Part shown: positions 37,950-50,554 of the stretch, piece by piece
How the letters are laid out: each line of letters begins with the position of its first letter
How positions within the stretch are numbered: the stretch's first letter is position 1
The notes under the pieces: generated by a model
Seen by the model: only the letters and a program-made list of their open reading frames with translations
Told to the model about the DNA's origin: nothing
Databases searched by the model: none
Made by a program: the position numbers and the translations under genes
Assembly (NCBI GenBank): GCA_001949185.1
Contig: BDGG01000021.1
Coordinates: 299,452-363,451, forward strand
Direction: 5' to 3'
DNA: 64,000 nt
From: Ramazzottius varieornatus
Taxonomy: Eukaryota > Animalia > Tardigrada

Positions 37950-39947
37950 CTAAAAAATCATCTTCCTCAGAAGGACGGGTCGAGCCTTCTCCAACAAGTC
38001 CAAGTCAGGATCGAGCGATCGACCGAGACCTTCCAGGACCATGATACCCAGCATGATGGAGATAAAGTTACTTTCTAGCTTGACCTGATACTTGACCAGA
38101 ATGGAGAAGAGGTCTTGCAGAAGTTCGCCGACGTCAACCTGGCTCAGCGACAACTCTTTGCTACGGGCTTCGTGGACCAGCTTGGACAGCTCCTTCTTGA
38201 AGGCCACCCGGTCGGTACAGGCATCGGCGGCTGCGTGGAAGAGGAACTTGTCCGCCACCACGTCGCCGGCACCCCGCACCACCGCCGCAAAGACGCCGCG
38301 GAAGCTGTCAAAGTCGTACTGGGAAAGGGAGGCCGTCAGGCCTGCATCGAGGATGACCAGCTGGAAGGGATGGCTGGCCTTCTGCATCCCCACCAACAGG
38401 ACATCACCCACGTCTTCGTACACCAGCTTGGCTGCCGGCATATCCATGGCCTCTTTCGATGACGAGCCACTGACGTTGCGCACCATCAGGTTACCCGGAT
38501 GCATATCGGCGTGTACAAAATTATCTGCAATTACAAGCAAATTCATTATACCATCTCTCTTTATCCCTTATCTTTATGCTTTCATATGTCAATTAGCCGG
38601 TTAGGCCATCAATGATTATCGGTAGGTATGCTTGCCGATAAAGGTCATTTTGAGGAGGACCTCGACGCCGATGGAAGCCAGTTCTTTGCGGACCATGGGT
38701 GGAACTTGCTTGTCAACAAAGTCGCCGATGGGGATGCCTTCTTCCCACGACTCCAGGAGGACGCCTTGGCTGACAAAGGGAAAGTGAGGCAGCGGGAAGC
38801 GAACGGAAGGGAAGTGGGCAAAGTTGCGGTGAAAGTGTAGGAGGTTCTGCGCTTCCACCCGTAGATCCAACTGGCGATTCATCAGCGAGCCAAACTCGAT
38901 GACACTGTCGCGGATGCGCAGCCACTTTAGGTCTTTAAAGAGGAACTCCAGAATGGTGGCGCCCACTTCCAGGATGATGAGGTCGCGGTTGACCCTGTAA
39001 TGAATGTTGGGATGAAGGATCTTCAAGGCGGCATCGACATAGGCAGTTGTTTCTGTGGAGGCTGCTTGACTTGAAGGGGGCAGAAGAGGGAGCGCAGTGC
39101 AGGGTGTAATGTCAAAGGGAGCGAAGGCGGCGCTGTTGGCTTGCCCTGAAGGAAGGGCCAGGGTGTCGTCGCTTTGGGTCTTGAGCTTGGCCATGTCCAC
39201 TTTGACCTTGTAGACCTGACCAACACAGCCCGAACCGATAGGCCGCGGATTGGCTCCTTCAAAGACAATGTACTCTTTCCAACTACTTCCAAAAGCTGCC
39301 TTCATCCGCCGCTTTGTCGACCTACGACACCAGTCAAAAAAGGTCTCAACCGACGACTTTGCGGGTAATCATGTCCCTATAAAGAAATGGGCTGATTGAT
39401 ACCTGAAGGAATGCGGAGGAGTGGAGCGATGGAGGGAAGAGAAGACGGCACAGAGCTGGGGGGAGAAGATGTCTCGTCGCGTGCTCATCCACTGGCCGAA
39501 CTTCATGAATGTGGGGCCGGACCATTCAAAGGCCTTGAGCAGGGCACGCAGCCACAGCATCTTCAGAGCTGGCGTTTGTATCATCAGCGGGTAGACGATC
39601 AACAGTGGCAGGTACATTAGGCCTAATCTGATGCAGCGCAAGGAGAGGACCAGCACCATCCACGGCTGACGCATGATCAAAGCCATGGCTCCTCGCCGTT
39701 CTTTCTCTCTGCGAGCAATCTTGCGGCTAGTGGGCAAGACGGCAGGCAGCTGGGAATGGTCGTAGCTGGCCATGGCGGCGCTGAAGGGCATCTGTATCGT
39801 CCCTAATGCAAAGCCCAGTACATAGGTCCGTCTTCTAGGTGACAAAGGCGTGCTCCAGCGGACCACTGTCCCATTGCGCAGCCATCGCCGCATCACCGAC
39901 GCCGCCTTTCTCCGGCTTGCCCAAAGTATCGGCAGACATGGCAGCAT
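37950..39947 (-). CDS. ADCK2: aarF/ABC1 (UbiB-family) atypical kinase, ADCK2-like, 3 exons
   Basis: GPTFMKFGQWMSTRRDIF (KxGQ motif), PIGSGCVGQVYK, ALKILHP, DNFVHADMHPGN, ILDAGL, VLEGLGRSLDPDLD. Confidence 0.9.
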
Positions 39948-40689
39948 CCGACACCGCCTCCAACCTATAGCATAACCTTGCCCGTCATTTCCGCTCGTAC
40001 ATTTATGACATGTACGAAGATGAACGTATTTAAAGTCAAACAGTCTGACTCTTCCAACGAACTATATCCGCGCATCCAATTGACAAAGGGTTACTTTGAA
40101 CCAAACTTACGCACGTTGAAGATTAACTGACAACGACAAGATGGCTTGGCCATGCATCTCGGAACTGCAAGTGAAACTTCACCAGAGAATGCAGCGGAAG
40201 TGGTGGCTGCAGTTGACGCTCCGACAAATTCCAGTTGCACCGGGCTCTGCCTTGCAACAAAAGACTATCCCCACTCCTTCATCGTCGGGTCAGGAGCTTG
40301 AACAATAAGGTTTCGATCGGGTACACACGCAGGATGAAGAGCCGAAGGAGGATCAAGAGTCAGATATCGGTTGTTAGTCCTAACATTAACTTACTGCGGG
40401 ACAGTAATGAGCTGCTAAAAGAGGCCTCCACTTGCATATGGCCTGCCAAAACCGCAAGCCGTCGAGAACGGCGTTTGATTAGCCATTATCAAACAGTTGA
40501 TAACGTGTACGTGGTGTATATTTTCATAGGAAGACACCCGGTTGAAACTACTGTAGTGCTCGCAGTTTATCGCGCACTCAACCACGTGAACAGTAAATAA
40601 CGCCCGATCGGGGATTTTAGACGTTGTACTGCTTAATCAACAATCAATGATTGGCCATCGGTTAAGACAAGTGTTATTCTGAAAAGTCA

Positions 40690-40974
40690 ACTCAAATTGC
40701 TCATTTCCATCTGGAGCGTTTCCGGTATCTGCTCACTTTTCTCCGGTCCTCGCTTGCCCGGAATCTTTGCTTTGTGAAGCAAAAACATGAGGTTCCATGA
40801 AGCTTATCAGCTGCTTATGGAACAGGTATCATTCGACTCACCACCAGCTGCGCATGGCTGATTCCGGAATTCCTGTAAGCTTCGCATGCTTTCTCCTCGA
40901 TAATCCGCTCTCTTCATAGTTTCTCAAAGCTTTCTCCGCATCCTCATCGCTATAAATATACGGGTCCTAGCCAT
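40690..40974 (-). pseudogene. Relic of a pipsqueak/CENP-B-type HTH, probably a pogo/Tigger-like transposase N-terminus
   Basis: Minus strand encodes YSDEDAEKALRNYEESGLSRRKHAKLTGIPESAMRSW, frameshifted relative to the ATG at 40974; a GKRGP segment and a stop follow. Confidence 0.5.
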
Positions 40975-41083
40975 GACAATGTTTTCTACCTTCGGATCCA
41001 GTGAAAGAAACTGGAATTCACCTATTTGTTAGCGGAACGGAATCACTTAATCGCTCAATCAGTGTGTTTGACGTTCCGGCAAG

Positions 41084-41930
41084 TAGACCTGAGAAAAGTG
41101 TGATTAAGTGTGGTGTGGTGTTTTTCGGTTCGGTGCTTCTCCACACCGAAACTGGTTTTTCGGTGCGAAAGCCACACCACTTTTTCCGGTGTGGTGTGGA
41201 TCGGACGCCACTCTTTCGGTGCACCACACCAAACCAAATCGAAAAACCGAAAAAAGTTTCAAAGAGCGAATTCACAATTTATCAATCCGTCATCGACAAA
41301 TCGAACTGCGCTGCAGGAAACTCAAAAAAATACCAAGATTTCAAACACATCGAAACTTGCACGGTCGTACTATCTAGTAAACTTCTAGGCACGCGAAAAC
41401 CATCGCTCAGAGGGGACCGAAGAAGCGCAAACAGCCATAAAGTCAATCACCATTTTTGACAAGACAGGGAAAACATTACGTCGGGATTCCTTTCTTCGCT
41501 CTCCGCACGAATCCTTTCCAGCTCCTGGTTAAACGTCAGCCTGTTTCCAAACATGACAGAAATCTGAATTCAGAAAGAACGAACAGAACCGTCGAAAGAT
41601 GGCCAGATGTAATACAGACGAATTCGGAAGAAAATATTCCACACAGGTAAATTTTCGCAGCTTAAACAATCAACAGTTAGTCGAATCAACCACGGGGCGA
41701 AACAGCGAGTTTGCGATACTCATCTAGCCCAAGCTAGCTGACTAGCTCATTAAATCTGGTGCACCAAAAGGTTTTCGTTTTGGTGTGATGTGGTGTTCCT
41801 AGACACCGAAACGACAAATTTGGTGTGACTCGGACACCAATTTTTCGATTTGGTGTTTCAAGCATACCGAAACCAAAAAGAGTGGTTTTTTTCGGTGTGG
41901 TGTGGTGAAACCACACCATCCTCAGGTCTA
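41084..41930. mobile_element. hAT-type non-autonomous element (847 bp)
   Basis: TIR TAGACCTGAG/CTCAGGTCTA; 8-bp TSD CCGGCAAG (41076-41083) / CCGGCCAG (41931-41938); subterminal GGTGT(G) and TTTCGG arrays at both ends. Confidence 0.9.
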
Positions 41931-42283
41931 CCGGCCAGGCCCCCTTTAGCAGCTCATGTATGCTGCGGGAAATTGATGCCGGTTTGCTTGTCGCAACTTT
42001 GCGATCTTGACGGACACACTGAGAAGGCAGTGAAGGGGGTGATTGATTGGTCAGCTTTAATTGCCTGGACTTTCAATAGTCATTCAAATAGCAGGCAGTA
42101 CTAGTTGCCAGGGACCATTGCTGGCATGCGAACTTCGGAGACCGCAACTAGCCGTCCTCTCTTTGGACCTGGAGATGTAGCTATCTCATCTACTACAGCT
42201 CACCATGCCCTGTCGAATCAAGCTACATGCTGACGTCTTTATGCAATAACTTTGACTGTTCCCCGTTTTTCCAGACGATCGAG

Positions 42284-44004
42284 ATGTGCGGACGATTCGC
42301 TTGGTAAGTTGAAGCGCCTGTTTGTTGTGGTCTTTCCAACTTTGTCAGATAACTTGGAACTGCCCTTCCCTGTGCTTTCATTGTCCTCGTCTTTCAGTGC
42401 ACTGGACCCAGCCACCATCTGCCGCGCCTGTCAATACACGGCGCCCGATGGCCAGCTTTACCAGCCGATATGGCGTGAAAACAACAGCGCCCACAGCTAT
42501 CGTGCTTCTGCCAACGTTGCTCCAATTAATTACAGGTACATTACGGCCCTACGGCCAGTGTCCATCGTCGTTCTTAGGTGCAGACAGTCCCTGGCTCCAC
42601 GTTTACACGCTCTGTTGCTGATGCGTCTCTACTGTTTCTGTAGTCCTGTACTCGTTTCCGCCCAACACTTCGACGTGGGAACGGACCCAGCGACAACTTC
42701 CGGCCGGATCCTGGACCATCCCGAAGTTAAAGTATCCACTGTGGAAAACCAACGAATTGTCATGCCTATGAGGTCCAGCTCTAAGCTCCTTCTGATCATC
42801 GTACTAGATTATTAAGGTACTCGTACCTGTAGATACTGACTTGTTGATGTCGCACTGTAGGTTCGGGTTGATTCCTAGCTGGCATAAAGGAGGCGAGAAC
42901 GAACTTCGCATTGCCACCATCAACTGCCGCGTTGAGGGTATCATGCAGAAGAACGCCTTTGCTGGCGCTTTGAAGAGGAGACGTCGCTGCGTGGTACTAG
43001 CCGAAGGGTGCGTCCGCCTTTTTACTTTCGCACCACATCGTGCAATCAGCCGCTAGCTTCAAGAAGGTTATGGGGTTGTTTCCTCCCAGTTTATATCATT
43101 TTTGGGCATTTTTATGGCTTGTAGATTTTACGAATGGGAGAAGCTGCAGAGTAACGTCAAACAGCCATATCTGCTTTACCTGACGGACATGCCTCAGAAG
43201 TACTTTGAACAAAAAGCCAAGAGGGAAGACAGCGAACCTCCATACGGAAATAGGGAAGTCCTGCCCGAGCAGCTGATGAAACTGGCGGCCATTTTTGACG
43301 TCTGGCACAACGCAGAGGTATTCGAAACGGGACTTGCCATAAAGGGGATGGAAACTGTATAACGCTGTTCTTCTTTCCCTCCCAGAATAACACCATCTAC
43401 AGCTTCAGTATCGTAACATGTGAACCATCAAAGGCCACCGTGTGGATCCATGATCGAATGCCGGCCGTCCTTCGTACTGAGGAGGAGGTCAACAGGTGGC
43501 TGGATAGTGCACATCTCTCTTCGGAAGAAGCCCTTAAGTTGTGTATCCACGCTGTCGATGACTTGCACTGGCACCCGGTGACCCGAGCCATGGGCAACGC
43601 TACCTACAAAGGAGCCGATGCATCTGTTCCTATCTCGTAAGCTGTGTTACCAAAGTCCACTTGCGCTTATCGCCCAATACCAAATAGGGACTGTATTAAC
43701 AACCATGATCGCAGGTAAAACTTGTGCCTTTGTCTGCAGGCCGACTGAGGCCGGAAATGCGGGAAAGCCGCTGGATCCTGGTCAGCCCAAGATTGTCGCC
43801 TTCTTTTCAAAAACTAGGAAAACGAAGCAAGAAGTGGTCAAACAGGAAGATTCAGCTCCCTTAAGAGTTATTGGTGGTGGAGAAGCGTCCTTGGACAAGG
43901 AGGCGTCCACTCTACCACCTGGTCAGAGTTCCATCACCGCTTTCTTCCCCTCTGATCATGGGAATTCTTCTCAGCCCCCCGCTAAACGCACCAGAAAGGA
44001 ATGA
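42284..44004 (+). CDS. HMCES: Abasic-site processing protein HMCES (SRAP domain)
   Basis: N-terminal MCGRF (catalytic Cys2), NVAP, MRFGLIPSW, INCRVE, RRCVVLAEGFYEW, KQPY, WIHDRMP; basic disordered tail. Confidence 0.95.
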
Positions 44005-44723
44005 GCCCGACCAGCAGTCAGTCAATCATGCCGACTGTCTTTTTTCACCTCCTAGACGCACAGCCTGTCTGTAAAATCAAGGTTGAACTGTGAAAGCTCG
44101 CCTTTACATGGCTCAGTGTCATTCAATTCAAGATTTGCAAAGGGAGGGAGCCAGCTCTATTACATTACTGTACTCCACTGGGAGCCATTCGGCTTTTTGC
44201 CTAAGGTTTGCCCACTATAGTGCTGCTCTGATATGATTAATTTTTTCTCGTTTAGACTTACGGGAGCAGCAGGACAAATAACTGTCTCATCGTTGTAAAT
44301 TTATTTCGTCTCTGAAATCCAAATCACCAGGCTTAAGATCAATAGTTTGCTTTGATGAAAGCGCACTACAGTACTGTACACGTACGACTACCGACAATGG
44401 GGAAGGATATTATAACGTTTAACTAAAGGCTCAAAATAGAGGAACAGTGAAAAAGTTAACCGGCATCTTTAGTACACCCAGAGCCACGTCGATGGCTTAT
44501 TCTGTCTGGACCGGTAGGGCCATTACAGCACGGCATATCACTAAGAACAGAAGACAACAAGAGATGCATGACAAAAAGCATAAGATACAAAGAAGGCGCG
44601 CTGGAAGCCGTCAGCTGTGTTGAATACTACACATCGAATGGTGGAAGAAGGCGATCTGTGTGCTTCATGCACTGGCGGGGAGGCTGTGAGTGCGACAGCC
44701 TGGACCAGCCCGAGGAGCCGCTG

Positions 44724-47700
44724 TTAGGGTACATGTTCCGCATTGCTGGTGCGACGACTGCTGGGCTGATGTTGTAAAAGAGGAGAGTGGACGACGGGCG
44801 CTGTGGGCGTCGGTGCAGTCTTGTCATGATGGTTGACAGTGTGGTCCGGATGGAGGACCGGTAGCAGAGCATCGGCCGACTTGCCTTTATGGGCGTCGTT
44901 GAGGCTGACATTGGAGTTGGCCAGTAGGGACGTCTTCTTGAAGGCTTGAGCGGTGGCTGCCGCCTCAGCTGCCCGTGCACTGTCGTGCAAAAGCGCCAGC
45001 GAGCCTCGCTTGACTTGAAGTGCGCGCTGCCAGTCGACAGCCTGCCGCTCCAAGGCTGTCAAGGTGCCGTCCTCCTTCATGGTCACCCCCTCCGTCTTGG
45101 TCGTCACCGTACTGCGCTCCACCACGGAAGCGCGGAAAGCGGCGACATACTGGGCGCGAGTGATGTACAAGTAGAGCAGGTCCGAGACGGGGTAGACGGT
45201 AAAGTCGGGAACGAAGACGCCGCTGGGTGGGTGGACATCGGTGGGGTGATGAGCGAGAGGCAGACTGCTGGGCGAGGTGACGGTGGCGTTGGCAGTGCTG
45301 GCGGGCGAGGTGACGGGCGGACTGCCACCTTCATTGAGCAGCGTCAGGGCCGAGATGCCAAAGTAGGTGAAGGGACCACTCTGGAACAACAGATGCTCCG
45401 TTCCCACCTTCACTTCCACTCGACCTACAACCACACAGCGCTGACACCCACAAGACACATCCAGCCCAATATCCAGGCCAGTCAGTACAGCAGCCTGAAC
45501 GGCCACTGCATAGTTTTGTTAACTGATAAGTGAGGAAATGATGATGATGACGACTGTGAGGAGGGAGTAGTGGCGTACTGTACCTTCAAGAATGAGAATG
45601 AAATAGTCGGCTGGACGACCGGCCGTATACAAACAAGGTGGCTCAGCATGATCTGCAAGAAAATGGACAGCAGTCACTGCCAGTCAGGCCTATGATGCAG
45701 TAAGAAATCAAGTCTTAGCAAGGCTTGGGTCTTGTTACCGTCTTGCTTCTCTTTCAAGAAACGAGCCGACTCGGAATAGCGTAACAAGCGACGGAGGATG
45801 ACGGGGGCGATGAGCTCTTCCCTGAAGGGCTCCAGCGTTGTAGAGAGGAACTGGAAGGTGGCCAGCTGCAGCTGGGGGGTAATCATGGACTGGTATTGGG
45901 GAGCGGAGGCGCCAGTAAAGACGGGAATATCGTGCTGGGCCAAGGCCACGTCGCGCCTTCGCAGCCGTCGCCGATTGTCGGCCGTCACGTCCGTCTCGTC
46001 CTCAATCTCCGACTGGATGACTTCTTCAATGACATCTTCCAGTGTGATGACACCCACAGTCTCGTAGAAGGGGTCGCCCTCGTCCTCGGTGATGACACGC
46101 TGGACAAAGGCCATGTGTGAGCGCCCCTTCTTGAACTCATCTGACAAGAGAGAAGACCGTCCGCTGCATGGCAGACATGTGATTTGACACAGGGTAGGCC
46201 TGGGGCTGATACTTACCCAGCATAACATCGAGGGTCGTGTCGTCAAAGACGGTGCGAACATGGTGGTTGTAGAACTTGCACAAGGTCTTGACGGGAGTAT
46301 TGTCGTCGGGGTCGACCAGCGCCAGATCCTTGATGTTCAGCAGAGCCACCACGTTGCTCCGACTTACATCGTACACCGGCACTCGCGTGAAGCCTACAAA
46401 AGAAGGCGGCCAGCTGATTGCAGCCACCGGCATGGGAAGTTTCTGTACGAGGAGCAAGGTTTTACTTTACCAGCGTACAACTCTGCTCACCATACGTCAC
46501 GAGCTGTGCGCAGGCTTCTTAGGCTTTGTGACGTAAACGTGACAAAGATGAGCAAAGTTGTACGCTGAGCAAAGTAATACCTCGCTCCTTCTACAACCTA
46601 CCTTGGCGCATAATCTCCGAGACGGTGTCAAAGTCCAAGACGGCATCATAGGGTAGCATGAAGACATCTGCAACAGCAGACATTTGCTTTCATGGCCTTG
46701 AGGTGCCAAGAAGAGAAGAGGAGGAGAGTGTAATGCCTACCATTGAGCGGTGTCATGATGGAGCCCACCGTCTTTTTCTTCAGTTCCAGCGCCCCAGAAA
46801 TAATGTTGACTTCTTCCGGCTCCAGGTCATTGTAGCCATGCGTCACCTTGATGAGCTCCATCAGACGCTCCCGATTGTAGACATGGCCAATCTCGGCGCC
46901 CAAGAAGCAGTCCAGCATGCGGGAGATGGGGTAGGAGAGGGGGAAAGTCAGCACCATGAAGAATTTGGTCAGCCAGATGGTATGGGCCCCCACCGCCATG
47001 CCGTGCCGAGAGCAGATGGCTTGGGGGATAATTTCCCCAAAGACGACGATACCCATGGTCGATGCTGAAACACAGACAGCCTTAACGGTGGCAAACACCC
47101 TTCATCGCCTATTATTGACAGGCTATTCTCCGCCAATGTCCTGCATCATGTGCTGCAAACAGGACACGGCCCAAGTCAGGAGTTGCAAAGGCGGCGGATC
47201 GTACCGACGACGGCGACCAAGCCGCTGGTCAAGTCGTCCATGAGGATGGTCAGGGTGGTGTTGACCAGGACGTTGCCCAGCAGGAGAGTGCAGAGGAGGA
47301 AGTTGCCTTGTTTGCGCAGAGGCATGATGGAGCGAGCGTAGCCTTGCTCCTTGGGCGAGCCGCAGTTGAGGACAATCTTCAGCTCGGTGGGGTCTAGCGT
47401 CATCAGGCCCAAGTTGAGGCCGGAGAAGAGGCCCGACAGGCAGAGGAGGATGGCCAAGCAGGTGATCTGCAGCCACATGGGCAAGAGGTAGGGGTTCTCC
47501 GGGATCTTGTCGGCCCGAATCTGCAGCCAGGCCTCCTTCCCTTGGTGCACCCACTGTTGGGCACCACCACCGCCATTCCCACCTGCCAATGACACTCCTC
47601 CCCATGGACGGTTCAAGCACAGGTAGTAAAACTCTGCAACCAACAACCACCCTTATCACTACGCTCCAATCCTTCTGCACTCCATTCAACTTTGCAAGTG

Positions 47701-48793
47701 CCACTTTATATTACGTACAGTAAATCATAGTCTTTTCTTTCTGTTTTGTTCTAAGGAAAGGACACCATTACTACTGTCGGCGCAAACGAACGTGCTAGAG
47801 TAATTTGTGGTCTGGATCATTGATACATACAGCATCGATGACTATTGCTGCCGACATGTGCACTTCCAGAGAGACTCTCTGACACTTCCATGGCGGCCCA
47901 AACAAACATAACTTTGGTCCAACAACAGACGACCCTCTCCTCGGCATAAACGGTTTGTGGCGCAAAAAGCTCACTGTGATTTTATGGATTATAGGGCATA
48001 GTGTAGTCTGTCATCAATGTTTGCTCATGTCGATCGTTACTTTGCGTCTGACTTGACGGACGGAATCAACGTCAGCATCCATTATCATATCACCGTCCCC
48101 TCCTATCTCTGCTTCAGTCAACACTGACCGACGTAATACCTAGTAGGTCCCGTCTCCGTAGGCCGAACCTCATCCATAAGAACACTATGCATACTTGCCA
48201 TCCGTCTAGCCAGAAGGGTCAAGAGCGAGGAGCATACCTGAGTCATTTCCGGTCAGAGGCATCTCTAGCTTGACGGTAAAGAGGGCACTAAAGGCGCTGA
48301 TGCTTTCATTGTCGGGTCGAAAGGCCATGGAGATGTCTTCTTGGCATTCGGTATTGGCACTGGCCATTCGACGCGTAAAAGCCACCAGCGTGGTGGGCTT
48401 AAAGTGCCGTCCAAAGAAGCGCAGCGTCACAGCAGTATCGGACTTGACGTACAGGACGCCGTTACTCTTGTCTACCGTGTTGTCGGCATACTCTCCCTCA
48501 ATCTTCTCCAGCCGTAGCCCATAGACCACCGTCTCGTTCCATCTTCCTCCTCCCTCGTTGTTGCCATCAGCGCTCTGCGGCCCCTGCCGCTCCAAAGGCC
48601 GCCTTACTATCTCTCCATCTCCGACATTACTGCTGCCGCTGCTACTGGGATCCCCCAGACAGTAGCCACTGTCGCAAGTCAGGATTGTGAAGAAGAGAAG
48701 GCTGACGAAGGCGAGCCGAGCCTTCCCTCCCAAAAGAATCACTACATCGACGGGCAATTTGTTCACATAGCTGCACAAGGCATTCACCGCCAT
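44724..48793 (-). CDS. CNNM: CNNM metal (Mg2+) transporter / unextended-like
   Basis: Signal peptide and extracellular domain; DUF21 [13 protein letters not shown]...[13 protein letters not shown]...[14 protein letters not shown]; CBS pair ([32 protein letters not shown]); cNMP-like FVPDFTV...YVAAFRAS. Confidence 0.95.
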
Positions 48794-50554
48794 CCAACAA
48801 GAAGAAACTTCGCCTTCAACTCAGCGGAAGTACTCCTTTCTTGTCACAGTCTTGCGCCACATGCTATCCTGGGCGAAGAAGGCATCATTGTGGAATCTGT
48901 AGTAAACCGGGGAAGAGTCAGTGATCAGTAAGGTGCGGAGTGTGAAGCAAAAAGTGCCAACAACGAAGCAGTGAGTACTCGTCTACTGAGTTACCGATAT
49001 CGCTTACAGAGCAATAGAAGATCAGAAGCTGGCTGGCTAACGGGTAACAGAAGAAGAAATCAGTGTTGAGGTGAACTTCCGGTTAGATAAGATATGCTGC
49101 TCTTAACGACCATTCACCCATAGATATATTCCCTTCTCTCCTTCGTCTCCAAATCACGACGTACACTCTCATATTTCCGGCACCGTAAACATACAAGCTG
49201 ATGCTCTATGACACCTACACCATCAAACTCCGGTCATGGGCTTCAACTGGAGAAAGGGATGGCGGATGATAAAAAAGACACAGGCAGATCCAGTTGAGAT
49301 GAGTCCAAAGCTGCCTCCGATAAATTCGGTTGTAATTTGCAGCGATGGCAGGATGATTTACCCAGCCAAATACCAAAAATCACCCAGTTGTCACGTACGG
49401 CCTGCTGTGAACCGGTCAAAAGAGGAAATTTGTCATGGGTACGCACATTCTTTCGTCCCAAACCAAAGATCCGGTGTTCGAACACCTTTTTTAGCAGTTT
49501 TTATATGCTCCAGTTTTCAGTTCGACACAAGGCACAATGATTTTTTGTTTATTTTTTCCTGATTTTTTGACGGTTTTGATTTTAAGGGCTTCCTGCTGAA
49601 TTTTCATTTTTACTATTCATTTGTTTTTCTACTGTACTTGACTGCTCACTATTCGGCCACCGTGTTGTATGAAACCAGCAATAACAAACATATCTCTAAG
49701 CTTGATTGGGTTGATTGCCTGGTCATTGAGGTAGGCTGTATTCAATGTTGGGAGGCCATTCTGTGTTTTCGGTAATTCACTGGGTGAATCATCCGGCCAT
49801 CGCTGGTAATTCGTGAAAGAATCGTGACGTCGTCGCATTTCCACATTCCACAATCCGCATGCACCGTCCAGCACGGCCTGGAGTCATGGACACACGTTCG
49901 TACCTCTCAGATATACACAGTGGAAGGACCGACAGGACCGAAGAGCGACGCACTGGACCCCATCCATTCAACAGCACCCGCCACCCGCCCATGCAAGGCT
50001 TGCAAGCTGATGCAGCAGCTAGTAGAGATACCGGGGATTAAGCTCTGTTTCACCAACGGTAGACCATACTGCTTTCCAAACGGTGGGCTTTCGGCAGGGA
50101 CGCGTTAAGCAGTGGGCCAGTGGGACCCAGCTCACTCGAAATCTAAAAACCTGACTCCACGGGCCAGCGTTTTCCGTGGCGAGAAGCGAAGAAAAAATTC
50201 TGGCCCAGCCGGCAAGAGAACCCCGTCCATTGACCCCCAAAACTCTCCAAACCCTCGCTTTGGCTTTTCGCTCCAAATCGAATTCTACGTCTTATGAGGT
50301 GAAAGGGGGTTCGAGGGGTTTGGAGGGGTTCCACGGCAATTTTCTCTGGCCCTACGCGTACTCATACATCCGTTTTTCGTTTTCCTTTTTGACACTGCTG
50401 GATAGCTATAGCTCTATGGTAACTCTTCCCGCGGAACTGCTGCAGCTGTTTACGATGACTGTGGGAAACTGTGTATAGGTGATCGACGTAAGCCTGTACT
50501 TCCGGTGCTGCATGTCTAATGCTATGATCGCGGGGGATTAGCCGCTGCAGTAGG

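Noticed and set aside
49150-50400. Repeat-like intergenic DNA with short ORFs between CNNM and ANKMY1
   Set aside because: Probably TE debris, but I could not establish TIRs, TSDs or a convincing transposase motif.
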